This document shows positions 1-10,364 of a stretch of 64,000 nt of DNA, piece by piece. The translations under genes and the position numbers were made by a program. The DNA comes from Clostridium sp. CAG:710 (GTDB lineage: Bacteria > Bacillota_I > Bacilli_A > RF39 > UBA660): assembly GCA_000432595.1 (NCBI GenBank), contig HF996865.1, positions 116 through 64,115 on the forward strand, given 5' to 3'. A model generated the notes under the pieces. That model was not told the DNA's origin. It was given only the letters and a program-made list of their open reading frames with translations, and made no database searches. Position 1 is the stretch's first letter; each line of letters starts with the position of its first letter.

Positions 1-156
1 TACCTCCCCCATAGTGTTTTTTCAAGGCCTAGCAGCATCAGTTTACACAGTAAAATTTTTATTTATGTATAGTAATAAACTTAAAGTAAATACGTAGGAG
101 AGAAAAAATATGCAATTTAAACCATTAAGTATACGCCTATTGTTTTAACAAAAGTA

Positions 157-199
157 AAAAAGTTAATAGCACACATTTATATTGTACCATTAACTTTTT
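157..199 (-). terminator. Rho-independent terminator-like hairpin downstream of the 233..553 ORF
   Basis: Inverted repeat AAAAGTTAAT(A)G / C(C)ATTAACTTTT with one mismatch and a ~17-nt loop. A T-rich tract follows on the minus strand. Confidence 0.5.
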
Positions 200-232
200 A
201 TTGAACATTTTTTAGATTCCTTTAATTCGTAA

Positions 233-553
233 TTATTTTCTTTTATGTATAAAATAATTTGTAACATATCCTAAGAATATAGCAAATATTATAACATATA
301 ACCACATTAATAATGTATAAACAAGTCCAGAAGAATATCTTCCTATTATTGCCGCAATCGACTCTGGTAAATATTTGCCAATTAAACTTTTTAATTCTGG
401 AACAGTATTATTTTTTATAAAAGTCATTATTCTTAAAAATATATCGATAATTGCAAACGCATAAACAAAAGAAGAAAACTTTCTAAAAAATACAACAACA
501 ACTATTAATAAAATTAAAACTATAGCTAAATCTATATACATAACTAACACCAC
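233..553 (-). CDS. small hydrophobic membrane protein, function unknown
   Basis: 106-aa ORF with about three hydrophobic helices (LAIVLILLIVVVVFF, FAIIDIFLRIMTF, LLMWLYVIIFAIFLGYV). No recognisable family. Confidence 0.5.
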   Translation of the reverse strand: MVLVMYIDLAIVLILLIVVVVFFRKFSSFVYAFAIIDIFLRIMTFIKNNTVPELKSLIGKYLPESIAAIIGRYSSGLVYTLLMWLYVIIFAIFLGYVTNYFIHKRK

Positions 554-579
554 CTACAATAACAATAATACCATAAATC

Positions 580-1113
580 TTATACTCTTTCAATCTTAAA
601 ATATTGATTACTACGTCTCTCATCATCTAAAGTAGTTGCTTCCCCATGTCCAGGATACACATTACAATTACTATACTCTTTTATACGAATTATACTATTA
701 AGCATTTCATTTTCATCTCCGCCAGGCAAATCACATCTTCCGATATCACCCCTAAAAATAAAATCCCCTACAAACATCTTTTTATCTTCAAAAAAGTAAT
801 ATGTAGTAGAATCAGCACTATGACCTGGAGTATAAATAACTTCAAACTTAAATTCTCCAATAGAATGAATTCCTTCGCTTAAATTATTATGGTTATAAAT
901 ACTAACACCATAATATTCACTTATATCCTTTAGAGCTCCTACATGATCAAAATGATTATGGGTAATTAATATTCCAATAACACATCTTTTACCAACCACT
1001 TCTTTTATCTTATCAGCATTATCCCCAGGATCAATTATTAAAACATTATTATTTTTTTCTAAAATATAACAATTTTCCTTCAAGTATCCAACTTTTACTA
1101 TATCTAATTTCAT
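580..1113 (-). CDS. MBL-fold metallo-hydrolase (glyoxalase II-like)
   Basis: HxHxDH motif (THNHFDHVGA), TPGHS and a later GHG. Start moved to the ATG at 1113, which is preceded by GGTGAG. Confidence 0.85.
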   Translation of the reverse strand: MKLDIVKVGYLKENCYILEKNNNVLIIDPGDNADKIKEVVGKRCVIGILITHNHFDHVGALKDISEYYGVSIYNHNNLSEGIHSIGEFKFEVIYTPGHSADSTTYYFFEDKKMFVGDFIFRGDIGRCDLPGGDENEMLNSIIRIKEYSNCNVYPGHGEATTLDDERRSNQYFKIERV

Positions 1114-1143
1114 ATTCTCACCATAATAATTATATATCAATAA

Positions 1144-2352
1144 TTATTTGGTATCAAGATTTAGTAGTTTTCTTAAAGATTTTACTTCATTATTTATTTT
1201 TTCATTTTCTGAAGTATTAAATATATAATCATATCTAAATAATGAAAAACCATCATATTTAGATTTAGTCCTACTATATTCTATCTGTCTTGAAATAATA
1301 TTATCATCTTCAATCCATTCATTAGATCCACTCTTCGCATAAACGTCTTCCCGACCTATCTTATAAAATGCAAGTGCAGGTATTAGTTTTATATTATTGG
1401 CTTTAATTAAACTATTCCAAGTATCTAATGTCTCTTTAAATGGCTTAACTTGATTCTTAAATCCAAAATATAACTGAGGCATTATATAATCAACATATCC
1501 ACTACTGCTCAAAATCTCTTCTATATTTAAAAAATGCTTTTTATAATTATTTTCTAAATTACCTTCTGGAGAAATTCCAAAAACCACATCTTTTTTAACA
1601 TCCTTGATCTTAGCATACACTCTTTTTATAAGAGTAGAAACATTATTATACCTATAATCTTCTAAAGATAATGTACCCCCCTTACTAATATATTCATTAT
1701 AATTATCTAAATCTATATCACTATCAGGATAAAAATAATCATCAAAATGTATGCCATCAACATTATAATTAGTAACTAACTCTTCTACTCCACTAACTAT
1801 TAAATCATTAACCTTAGCACTTGCTGGATTATAAAATATCCCCTTATTATCAATTACCTTTACGGAATTAGTTCCCGCTAATTTATATGCTGGATTACTC
1901 TTATCTAACTTAGAAAAATCAGTATTTGTTGATACTCTATAAGGATTAATCCAAGCATGAACATCTATCCCTCTTTTATGAGCCTCATCAATAATATATT
2001 TTAAAACATCATATTCTGGCTTTTTTCCATTATTAGTAACTGTATCCGAAATAGGATAAATATTTGATTCATATATAGCATCAGAAAAAGGTCTAACGTG
2101 TAAAATAATTGTATTAAAACCAAATTCATTCATATTATCTAATATCTTTTTAATATTATTTTGACTAGTAACAGTATCTTTATCCTTTATATATTTATTT
2201 AACTCAATATAAGATAAATATACAGCATGCATAGGATGCATTTCATTATTAACTCTTTCATCATTGATTTTTTCCTCTTCCTTCTTCTCAATCATAAAAA
2301 AAGAAAGTATAAAAAAAACTGTCACTAGAATATAAAATGAGATCTTTTTCAT
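1144..2352 (-). CDS. glycosyl hydrolase-like family 10 (GHL10/DUF187, YngK-like) secreted protein
   Basis: N-terminal signal/anchor. Motifs GFNTIILHVRPFSDAIYES, HKRGIDVHAWINPYR and DGIHFDDYFYP are typical of GHL10. Confidence 0.7.
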   Translation of the reverse strand: MKKISFYILVTVFFILSFFMIEKKEEEKINDERVNNEMHPMHAVYLSYIELNKYIKDKDTVTSQNNIKKILDNMNEFGFNTIILHVRPFSDAIYESNIYPISDTVTNNGKKPEYDVLKYIIDEAHKRGIDVHAWINPYRVSTNTDFSKLDKSNPAYKLAGTNSVKVIDNKGIFYNPASAKVNDLIVSGVEELVTNYNVDGIHFDDYFYPDSDIDLDNYNEYISKGGTLSLEDYRYNNVSTLIKRVYAKIKDVKKDVVFGISPEGNLENNYKKHFLNIEEILSSSGYVDYIMPQLYFGFKNQVKPFKETLDTWNSLIKANNIKLIPALAFYKIGREDVYAKSGSNEWIEDDNIISRQIEYSRTKSKYDGFSLFRYDYIFNTSENEKINNEVKSLRKLLNLDTK

Positions 2353-2409
2353 ATAATCACCTAAATAATTATATGATATATTTCATTATAATTCTTAGTA
2401 AACAGTTCC

Positions 2410-3450
2410 CTATTTATCTACATTATTTGTAATAAACATTGCATCTCCAAATGAGAAAAATCTATATTTATTTAAAACAGCTTCATGGTATGCCTTCATT
2501 ATATTATCTTTTCCAGCAAGAGCACTTACTAGCATAACAAGTGTTGACTTTGGAAGATGAAAATTAGTAATTAAATTATCTACTATTTTAAATTTATATC
2601 CTGGATATATAAATATATCAGTAACTCCACTACACTCTTTTAATTCCCCAAATCTATTCATTACGGTCTCAAGCACACGAACACTAGTAGTTCCAACAAC
2701 AACTATTTTATTTCCGGACTCTTTTGTCTTATTTATAATATCACAAGTCTCTTTAGAAATAGAATAATACTCAGTATGCATCTTATGCTTAGTAACATCT
2801 TCAACATTAACAGGTCTAAAAGTACCAAGTCCAACATGTAATGTCAAATAAGCTATATTAACATTTTTATTTTTAATATCATTTAATAACTCTTTAGTAA
2901 AATGAAGTCCCGCAGTAGGTGCCGCCGCACTACCAATATTTTTTGCATACACCGTTTGGTATCTCGATTGATCTTCAAGTTTTTCATGAATATAAGGCGG
3001 AAGTGGCATAGTTCCTAACTTATCAAGAATCTCATATAGTATTCCATCATAACTAAGACTAAATACCCTAATACCTTCTTCTCCAACACTACTGCATGTA
3101 GCCTTCAACATTCCATCTCCAAAACTTATAACAGTTCCAACCTTAACTCTTTTAGCCGGTCTTGTTAAACACTCCCAGTTATTATCATCAATATTTTTCA
3201 AAAGAAGCAACTCAATTACTGCCCCAGTTTCTTCTTTTACACCAATAATTCTAGCTGGTATTACCTTTGTATCATTTAAAACTAAAGTATCTCCTGGATT
3301 TAAGTAATCTATAATATCAGAAAAAGTTTTATGGAAAATATTTCCATTTTGCTTATCTAAAACTAACATCCTAGAAGAATCTCTCTTTTTTAACGGAGTT
3401 TGAGCAATTAATTCTTCTGGTAAATAATAATCAAAATCATCTGTTTTCAT
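2410..3450 (-). CDS. queA: S-adenosylmethionine:tRNA ribosyltransferase-isomerase
   Basis: Full-length match to QueA hallmarks ([59 protein letters not shown]). Confidence 0.95.
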   Translation of the reverse strand: MKTDDFDYYLPEELIAQTPLKKRDSSRMLVLDKQNGNIFHKTFSDIIDYLNPGDTLVLNDTKVIPARIIGVKEETGAVIELLLLKNIDDNNWECLTRPAKRVKVGTVISFGDGMLKATCSSVGEEGIRVFSLSYDGILYEILDKLGTMPLPPYIHEKLEDQSRYQTVYAKNIGSAAAPTAGLHFTKELLNDIKNKNVNIAYLTLHVGLGTFRPVNVEDVTKHKMHTEYYSISKETCDIINKTKESGNKIVVVGTTSVRVLETVMNRFGELKECSGVTDIFIYPGYKFKIVDNLITNFHLPKSTLVMLVSALAGKDNIMKAYHEAVLNKYRFFSFGDAMFITNNVDK

Positions 3451-3459
3451 AACACACCT

Positions 3460-4503
3460 CTACTTCTCTTCTCCCATATCAAGTTCAACTTGTACAAGTG
3501 TACCTCCCTTAGGATTAAGCCCTAAATGTTTATATCCCTTATCAGTAACTATTCTACCTCTAGGAGTTCTTTTTATATATCCATTCTGTAACAAGAATGG
3601 TTCATAAACATCCTCAATAGTGGTAACCTCTTCACCAATAACACTAGCAATTGATTCGATTCCTACCGGTCCACCATTAAATTTTTCTATTATTCCACGC
3701 AATAACTGATGGTCAGTTTCATCAAGCCCATCTTGATCAACTTTTAATCTACCTAAAGCTCTTTTAGTAATATCAAGCGTTATTACTCCATCACCATCTA
3801 CAAGTGCAAAATCCCTTACACGTTTAAAAAGTCTGTTTGCAATTCTTGGTGTACCTCTACTACGACTTGCAAGTTCCATAGCAGCATCATCTTCAATTGG
3901 AACACCTAAAACTCTTGAAGTTCTTTTAACTATTTCCATCAATTCTTCATTTTCATAATATTTAAGCTTAGAAATTATTCCAAACCTATCCCTTAATGGT
4001 CCGGTTAAATCACCCGCACGAGTAGTTGCTCCTACTAAAGTAAATGGTGGTAAATTAATTTTAATATTTTTACTATTACCATCACCACCAACAATTATAT
4101 CAAGAGTAAAATCTTCCATAGCTGGATATAATATTTCTTCAATATAAGAAGGCATTCTATGTATCTCATCAATAAATAATACGTTCCCCGGTTCTAGTGA
4201 AGAAAGTATCGCCGCCAAATCTCCAGACTTTTCAATACTAGGACCACTTGCAGTTTTAATAGAAGTACCCATCTCATTTGCGATTATATAAGCAAGTGTT
4301 GTTTTTCCAAGTCCAGGAGGACCATATAATAAAACATGATCAAGTGTCTCGCCTCTCATCTTAGCAGCTTCTATAAAAACCTTAATATTTTCTTTAACAT
4401 CTTTCTGCCCAATATATTCACTTAAGAGTTCTGGTCTTATAGATTCTTCATTTACATCATCACCATCAATTTTCTCTTCACTAAGAATTTTTTCATCATC
4501 CAT
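3460..4503 (-). CDS. ruvB: Holliday junction branch migration helicase RuvB
   Basis: Walker [10 protein letters not shown], Walker [35 protein letters not shown]. Confidence 0.97.
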   Translation of the reverse strand: MDDEKILSEEKIDGDDVNEESIRPELLSEYIGQKDVKENIKVFIEAAKMRGETLDHVLLYGPPGLGKTTLAYIIANEMGTSIKTASGPSIEKSGDLAAILSSLEPGNVLFIDEIHRMPSYIEEILYPAMEDFTLDIIVGGDGNSKNIKINLPPFTLVGATTRAGDLTGPLRDRFGIISKLKYYENEELMEIVKRTSRVLGVPIEDDAAMELASRSRGTPRIANRLFKRVRDFALVDGDGVITLDITKRALGRLKVDQDGLDETDHQLLRGIIEKFNGGPVGIESIASVIGEEVTTIEDVYEPFLLQNGYIKRTPRGRIVTDKGYKHLGLNPKGGTLVQVELDMGEEK

Positions 4504-4514
4504 ACTAAAACCTC

Positions 4515-5036
4515 CTATTTTAAAATATCTAAAACTTCACTCCAACTATCTATTCTAGTTCTATTATCACCCTTACCAAATAATATTGGCTTAATAGAAG
4601 TATCAATTAATGAATCATAAACACTAACATTATCATCTATCATATAATCAATTCCTTCTTCTATGCAAATATCTTTTTTGTTTTCATATCCAAATAATAA
4701 TTTATCATATATAATACCATTTTTATTTAAATAATCAACAGTTAAATCATATATATTATCACTATATCTATTGCTTCTAGCAGTAATTATATATATTGTA
4801 TTCCCATCTTCTTTTAACTTTTTAATTGTATCAACGCAACCATCTTTTACAGTAAGAGAAGAAAATACTGGCTCTATATATTCTCTTAAAAATTTCTTAT
4901 ATTTATCAAATTCAGAAACAGTAAAATTAGAGTAATCTAGAGAAGTATCAACTGGAATTTCTAAGCTCTTCATACACTCATAAATCTTCTCTGTTGTATT
5001 TGTTATAGTATCATCAATATCAATTCCTATTTTCAC
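4515..5036 (-). CDS. HAD-superfamily hydrolase, 5'(3')-deoxyribonucleotidase-like
   Basis: N-terminal DxDxT motif ([12 protein letters not shown]) and a C-terminal DD acidic motif (MIDDN). Overlaps the 3' end of tdk. Confidence 0.6.
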   Translation of the reverse strand: MKIGIDIDDTITNTTEKIYECMKSLEIPVDTSLDYSNFTVSEFDKYKKFLREYIEPVFSSLTVKDGCVDTIKKLKEDGNTIYIITARSNRYSDNIYDLTVDYLNKNGIIYDKLLFGYENKKDICIEEGIDYMIDDNVSVYDSLIDTSIKPILFGKGDNRTRIDSWSEVLDILK

Positions 5037-5643
5037 CTTGTATTTCCCCTTTAACTTTTTTAAAATTTATCTTTTTAACTTTTTTTAAGTAACATTCTCC
5101 ACAAAGTGGAACATATTCTATATTACAAGTTCCATCTATTACAACTTCTTCTCCATTGGTTTCGAAAACACCATTTCTTTTTCTACCAACATATCTTGCG
5201 ATATTGCCACAAGAACAAAGTGTTGTTAACTCTTCTAATACATCAGCAAGTTCTAAAAGCCTTTTACTACCTTCAAAAGACTCAAGCATAAAATTTGTTC
5301 TAAGTCCATAACAAAGCACTGCTACATTCATTATTTTAGAAATCATCCAAAGTTCATCTACTTGAGAAGCTTTTAAAAACTGTGCCTCATCAACTAAAAT
5401 TACATTAACATCTGATATAGATGATCCAATTTTTTTAATAACTGAATCTCCCTCAAATATTAAAAAGTCAACATCTCTTTCAAGACCTATTCTAGAAGAA
5501 ATTTTATTACCTGCTTTTGTATCAATTGCTGGTTTTAAAACCAAAACTTTATAACCATTTTCTTCATAATTATAAGCTGTTCTCATTAAATCAATACTTT
5601 TACCAGAATTCATACTAGCATATTTAAAATGCATCTTTGCCAT
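5020..5643 (-). CDS. tdk: thymidine kinase
   Basis: P-loop SMNSGKS, VDEAQF, and a C-terminal zinc-ribbon cysteine pattern (CSCG...CGECY). Confidence 0.93.
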   Translation of the reverse strand: MAKMHFKYASMNSGKSIDLMRTAYNYEENGYKVLVLKPAIDTKAGNKISSRIGLERDVDFLIFEGDSVIKKIGSSISDVNVILVDEAQFLKASQVDELWMISKIMNVAVLCYGLRTNFMLESFEGSKRLLELADVLEELTTLCSCGNIARYVGRKRNGVFETNGEEVVIDGTCNIEYVPLCGECYLKKVKKINFKKVKGEIQGENRN

Positions 5644-5653
5644 AATAACCTCA

Positions 5654-6214
5654 CTATTTTAACAACAATTTTAAAGCTTCTTTTACTTGATTCTCAATAG
5701 ATAAATTAATATCCACTTTATTTATTACACTCTTAAATTCTTTTTCTTTATAACCCAAACCTTTTAATACTTCAATTAATTCCTCATAAGAATTAGTATC
5801 AACTACCTCTCCAGTAGCTATAACTCCAAGTTTGCCTTTTAAATCAAGTATTATTTGTTTAGCAACCTTATCTCCTATTTTAGGAAATTTCTTTAAATAA
5901 AGAATATTTTCTCTTTCAATAGCGTCTACAACTCCCGCAACTGAACCAGTCGCAAGTATAGGTAGTGTCATCTTAGGTCCTAATCCTTTAACACTTATTA
6001 ACTTTAAGAAAAGTTCTTTTTCTTCAATACTTTTAAACCCATATAATGATAACTCATCTTCTTTAACATTTTGAAAAACAAAAACTTTATATTCGTTTCC
6101 CTCATGAAATGAATATGGGTTTGGTGTATATATCAAATAACCAATACCATTATTATCAAGTATTATTGCGTTTGATACTATATTAGTTACAATACCTTTT
6201 ATATAATCATACAT
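5654..6214 (-). CDS. ruvA: Holliday junction DNA-binding protein RuvA
   Basis: MYDYIKGIV N-terminus, LYGF, helix-hairpin-helix (LISVKGLGPK, LKKFPKIGDKVAKQI). Confidence 0.9.
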   Translation of the reverse strand: MYDYIKGIVTNIVSNAIILDNNGIGYLIYTPNPYSFHEGNEYKVFVFQNVKEDELSLYGFKSIEEKELFLKLISVKGLGPKMTLPILATGSVAGVVDAIERENILYLKKFPKIGDKVAKQIILDLKGKLGVIATGEVVDTNSYEELIEVLKGLGYKEKEFKSVINKVDINLSIENQVKEALKLLLK

Positions 6215-6266
6215 ATTTAAATCCTCCTAAATAATTATACAATAAATTACACAAAAGAAAAAGAGG

Positions 6267-6298
6267 TTGACACCATTTACAACAATTATAATTATAAA
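6267..6298 (+). promoter_or_regulatory. candidate sigma-70-type promoter for the serpin gene
   Basis: Perfect TTGACA at 6267-6272 followed by an A/T-rich stretch with TATAAT-like hexamers (ATTATA at 18-nt spacing). The exact -10 is ambiguous. Confidence 0.35.
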
Positions 6299-6336
6299 AT
6301 ATTGCGGCTAACAAGTACATATGATTTAATATAATT

Positions 6337-7914
6337 ATGAAAGGTATGGTGAATATGGAAAAAGAAAAACAAAACAAAAAGAGCACAAAAATAATAATAG
6401 GAAGTGTTGTAGCCCTACTAATTATAGGCTGTGGAATTATATCTTACTTATATCTTAGTAAAAGTACAACAACAAAAACAAAAAAATTATATTCTCCTTA
6501 TGAATTATCAGGAAACAACTTAGAAAAGTTTGATCTTCAATTCTTAAAACTAGAAAATGAAGAAAAAAACAAAGCTTATAGTCCACTATCTATAAAGTAT
6601 GCATTAGAAATGCTTGCTGAAGGAGCTGATGGAAGTTCTAAAGAACAACTTGATAGTGTTATCGGAAAATATAAAGCAAGAAAATATGAAAATAATAAAA
6701 ATATGTCACTAGCAAATGCAATCTTTATAAAAAATGATTATAAAGATAAAATTAAAAGTGATTATGTAAATGCTTTAAAAAGTAAGTATAATGCAGAAAT
6801 AGTTTATGATAATTTTAAAGATGCTAAAGCATTAAACAATTGGGTAAGTGACAAAACACTTAAATTAATAAAAGGAATAGTAGATGATGATACAATTAGA
6901 GAAAAAAATTTCTCACTTGTAAATGCACTAGCTATTGATATGGAATGGATAAAAAAAATCCAATCTGAAGAGGATGGCATATATGTAGACTACTTTGGTG
7001 AAAGTTATAATTTTGTTATTCAACCACTTGAACTTGCGGGATATACAAACACAAAATTTAACAATAATAAAATCTCTGCAAAATCAGCACAGATAGGCGC
7101 AGTAGCAAATAAATATGATATTGTTAAAACACTAGGCGAAGATAAGATAAGAAAAACTGTTGGTGAAGCATATCAAGAATATTTAAAAGGAGAAATATGT
7201 GAAGATGAAGAAAAAGATGTAAATAAGTTTCTTGATAATTATATTGAAAATATAAATTCAAACTATAAAAGCATTTCTAGTTCTACAGATTTTAGTTTCT
7301 ATGATGATGATAATGTAAAAGTATTCGCAAAAGATTTAAAAACATATAATGGAATTACTATGCAGTATGTTGGAATTATGCCAAAGCAAAATAATCTTAA
7401 AGATTATATCAAATCAGTTGATGCAAAAGATATAAATAATATAATTAATAATTTAAAAGGAATTGAATTATCTGATTTTGAAGAAGGAACAATTACAGAA
7501 ATATATGGAACTATTCCAATGTTCAAATTCGATTATACTCTAAATTTAAAAGAAGATTTACAATCTTTAGGTATTAAAGATGTATTTAATGAAAAGAAAG
7601 CTAATTTATCTAAATTAACAAAAGAAAAAGGAATATTCATAGATAATATAGCACATAAAGCAAACATAGAATTCTCTAACGATGGTATTAAAGCAGGAGC
7701 TGTAACTGAAGTAGGACCTGCTGGTGCAACATCATGTGAATTTAGGTATGATTTCCCAGTTCCTGTTAAAAAGATTGATTTAACATTTAATAATCCTTAT
7801 TTATTCTTAATAAGAGATAAATCTACTGGTGAAGTATGGTTTACCGGTACAGTATATGAACCAATTGAATACACAGAAACCGATGGAATACTTGATAATG
7901 CAGAAGATGAATAA
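6337..7914 (+). CDS. membrane-anchored serpin-family protease inhibitor
   Basis: N-terminal TM helix (IIIGSVVALLIIGCGIISYLYL). Serpin N-terminal motif YSPLSIKYALEMLAEGADGSSKEQL, hinge-like GIKAGAVTEV, and C-terminal signature NNPYLFLIRDKSTGEVWFTGTVYEP. Alternative ATG starts lie at 6346 and 6355. Confidence 0.8.
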   Translation: MKGMVNMEKEKQNKKSTKIIIGSVVALLIIGCGIISYLYLSKSTTTKTKKLYSPYELSGNNLEKFDLQFLKLENEEKNKAYSPLSIKYALEMLAEGADGSSKEQLDSVIGKYKARKYENNKNMSLANAIFIKNDYKDKIKSDYVNALKSKYNAEIVYDNFKDAKALNNWVSDKTLKLIKGIVDDDTIREKNFSLVNALAIDMEWIKKIQSEEDGIYVDYFGESYNFVIQPLELAGYTNTKFNNNKISAKSAQIGAVANKYDIVKTLGEDKIRKTVGEAYQEYLKGEICEDEEKDVNKFLDNYIENINSNYKSISSSTDFSFYDDDNVKVFAKDLKTYNGITMQYVGIMPKQNNLKDYIKSVDAKDINNIINNLKGIELSDFEEGTITEIYGTIPMFKFDYTLNLKEDLQSLGIKDVFNEKKANLSKLTKEKGIFIDNIAHKANIEFSNDGIKAGAVTEVGPAGATSCEFRYDFPVPVKKIDLTFNNPYLFLIRDKSTGEVWFTGTVYEPIEYTETDGILDNAEDE

Positions 7915-7931
7915 AAAGTAAACATTATTAT

Positions 7932-7956
7932 AAAACCCTATCAATGATAGGGTTTT
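7932..7956. terminator. bidirectional terminator between convergent genes
   Basis: Perfect 11-bp stem AAAACCCTATC / GATAGGGTTTT with a 3-nt loop, flanked by A/T runs on both strands. Confidence 0.8.
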
Positions 7957-7975
7957 AATTTATCTTATAATACTT

Positions 7976-8707
7976 TTATAATTTTTCTATACTATAAAAA
8001 TAATAACTTCCATTATCTGTTTTAAATTTTATTCGGTAATGATCCTGATCATAACCTTCCCCTGCTGGATAGTTAAGTTCAATATTAAGTATCGCAAACA
8101 TATCATCATTTTTAAAACTTATAAGTTTAGCAAATTCTTGATAAGTAGTATTAGAGTATTTAAAAACAACAATATCCTTATTTTCAAAGTAATAATATGG
8201 AACAACTTTTTCTGTATTATTTTCTATATCAAGTGTATAATTTGGTCCAAAAATAAGCTTTGAAGTAGCTAATATATCATCTACTGAAGCATAATAATTA
8301 AAACATTCACTACCCTCTACAGATTTACTAGACAAGAAACCATTTTGTAAAAGTTCATCTTCTAAATCTGTTGAACAAACCTTATTTAATTTGTTACTAT
8401 CAATATTAGAAAATACTATTGCTAGTTTTTGTTCAAGCGTCATGTCATCCAATAGTAATTCACCCTTTTTAGTTGGATATGAATAACTAGGGGCAGGATC
8501 ACTTATTATTCTTTCAAATAATTTTGTAGCCTCTAACTTAGTAAATTCTTTCTTTTCTACACTTGCATTGTTATTATTTGAATTAACAACATTTGGCTTC
8601 TTTTCTTTGACCTTAGTATAAATTGTATAAAATACAAATACACATATAGCAACTAAAAGAAGTGAAAATATCAATTTTGTAATACTTATTCCTTTCTTTT
8701 GTTCCAT
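7976..8707 (-). CDS. membrane-anchored hypothetical protein
   Basis: 243-aa ORF with one N-terminal TM helix (LIFSLLLVAICVFVFYTIY) and a probably extracytoplasmic domain. No recognisable family. Confidence 0.5.
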   Translation of the reverse strand: MEQKKGISITKLIFSLLLVAICVFVFYTIYTKVKEKKPNVVNSNNNNASVEKKEFTKLEATKLFERIISDPAPSYSYPTKKGELLLDDMTLEQKLAIVFSNIDSNKLNKVCSTDLEDELLQNGFLSSKSVEGSECFNYYASVDDILATSKLIFGPNYTLDIENNTEKVVPYYYFENKDIVVFKYSNTTYQEFAKLISFKNDDMFAILNIELNYPAGEGYDQDHYRIKFKTDNGSYYFYSIEKL

Positions 8708-8725
8708 AAATTACTCCTTTCTAGA

Positions 8726-10354
8726 TTATCTACGTTCTAAAACCTCAATGATTGGAGGAAGAATTTGTTTTTTTCTAGAAACAACACCATCAAGATAATA
8801 TCCTTGAGTAAGATTTTCTATATTAAAGCTATCTTCCAATATATGTTTAGCTTTATCGTTAAATAATATGTAAGAACCATTCTTCATTACATCAGTAATA
8901 AATAATGTAACTATCATATAATCATTATTTATAGAAGTCTCATTTAATAATTTAACAAATGCAGCTTTATCAAGTTTTAAACTATTATAATCTGTAGTAA
9001 AGATTTGTCCAATACCAGATTCAATATTAGCAACTTTAAAGACTTTAAAGTCACTAAATAAAATTTGTTCCATACTTTTGCCTTTAATAGAAGAACCTGC
9101 CCTAAACATTTCTATTCCATATTTTTCATAATCAACACCGGCAATCATACTTAATCTAAATACAGCTTGTTTATCTAATTGAGTAGTAGTTGGTGATTTT
9201 AATAAAAGTGTATCAGATATTATTCCAGATAACATTATACCAGCAATATCTTTTGGTATAGGAAAATTATTTTCTTCATATAATTGATGTATTATTGTAT
9301 TAGTACTTCCAACTGCCATATTTCTAAAGTTTATTGGCGAAGATGTAGTTAGTGTACCTATTTTATGATGGTCAATCACTTCAATTATGTCCGATTCCTC
9401 TATTCCATCAACACTTTGAACTATTTCATTATGATCAACTAAAATTACTTTTTTCTTATTTTTATCATTTATATCAACAAGTCTTAAAAAGCCTAAACAA
9501 TTATTTTCCTTATCAACTATTGGGTAATTTGTATGTTTTGTCTGATTACTAACTTCAACAAAATCACTCAAATAATCATTTTCCTCAAAATAAATTGGAT
9601 CTCTAGTAAGAATTATATCATCAATATAATTACTTAAATTTATTAATTTAGTAGTATGGAAAGTATCATAGTGGGTCTTAACTACATTTACTTTATTTTT
9701 CTTAGCAACCTCTAAGTGTTCCTCTTTAATTTCTCCATCTCCTACTATTATTATCATTTTAACAGAGGAATTAACTGCATATTCTAGTATACTATGACGA
9801 TCCCCTACTATTAATATAGTATGCTTATCTAAGTCAATATTATTTAAAAAAGTTGTACTTCTATATGATGCAGTTAAAATATTTCCCTCTATTTCATTAT
9901 CGAATCTTAATACTTCACTACCACCTAATGCATCTAAAATATTGTCATAAGAAGTCTTAAGTTTAATTATATCTCCCTCTATAAAATATGAAGATATATC
10001 TTTTAACGTAATTATACCAACTAATTTGCCACCCTCATCAACAACAGGTGCCCCACTTATTTTATCGCTTTTTAATATGTCATAACATTTTTTAATAGAT
10101 ATATGCCTATTAATTGATATTCTATTATAATTAACATCCTTTATTTGGGTTTTAACATCATTCAAATACTCAGGACAATTAACATTAAAATATTTAAGTG
10201 CAAACTTCGTTTCATTGTTTAATCTACCTAAAACTTTTGCTTCTGCATCAAAACCTTGTTTATTTTTCAAATAAGCTAATGATATCGCAGAAGTAACCGA
10301 ATCAGTATCTGGTTTTTTATGTCCAAAAATATATATTTTACCCATTCTATTCAC
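8726..10354 (-). CDS. ppaC: family II (DHH) inorganic pyrophosphatase with CBS/DRTGG insert
   Basis: DHH motifs HKKPDTDS, LVDHNE, EVIDHHKIG and a DHHA2 C-terminus. A CBS-pair-like insert (SGAPVVDEGGKLVGIITLKDI) sits between them. Confidence 0.85.
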   Translation of the reverse strand: MNRMGKIYIFGHKKPDTDSVTSAISLAYLKNKQGFDAEAKVLGRLNNETKFALKYFNVNCPEYLNDVKTQIKDVNYNRISINRHISIKKCYDILKSDKISGAPVVDEGGKLVGIITLKDISSYFIEGDIIKLKTSYDNILDALGGSEVLRFDNEIEGNILTASYRSTTFLNNIDLDKHTILIVGDRHSILEYAVNSSVKMIIIVGDGEIKEEHLEVAKKNKVNVVKTHYDTFHTTKLINLSNYIDDIILTRDPIYFEENDYLSDFVEVSNQTKHTNYPIVDKENNCLGFLRLVDINDKNKKKVILVDHNEIVQSVDGIEESDIIEVIDHHKIGTLTTSSPINFRNMAVGSTNTIIHQLYEENNFPIPKDIAGIMLSGIISDTLLLKSPTTTQLDKQAVFRLSMIAGVDYEKYGIEMFRAGSSIKGKSMEQILFSDFKVFKVANIESGIGQIFTTDYNSLKLDKAAFVKLLNETSINNDYMIVTLFITDVMKNGSYILFNDKAKHILEDSFNIENLTQGYYLDGVVSRKKQILPPIIEVLERR

Positions 10355-10364
10355 CCTTTATTCT

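Noticed and set aside
110-148. 12-codon mini-ORF (MQFKPLSIRLLF) on the plus strand, preceded by AGGAGAG and followed by the 157-199 hairpin. It looked like a leader peptide or attenuator.
   Set aside because: No plus-strand gene lies downstream, since the next genes are all on the minus strand. The hairpin is better explained as the terminator of the 233-553 gene. The ORF is too short to assess.
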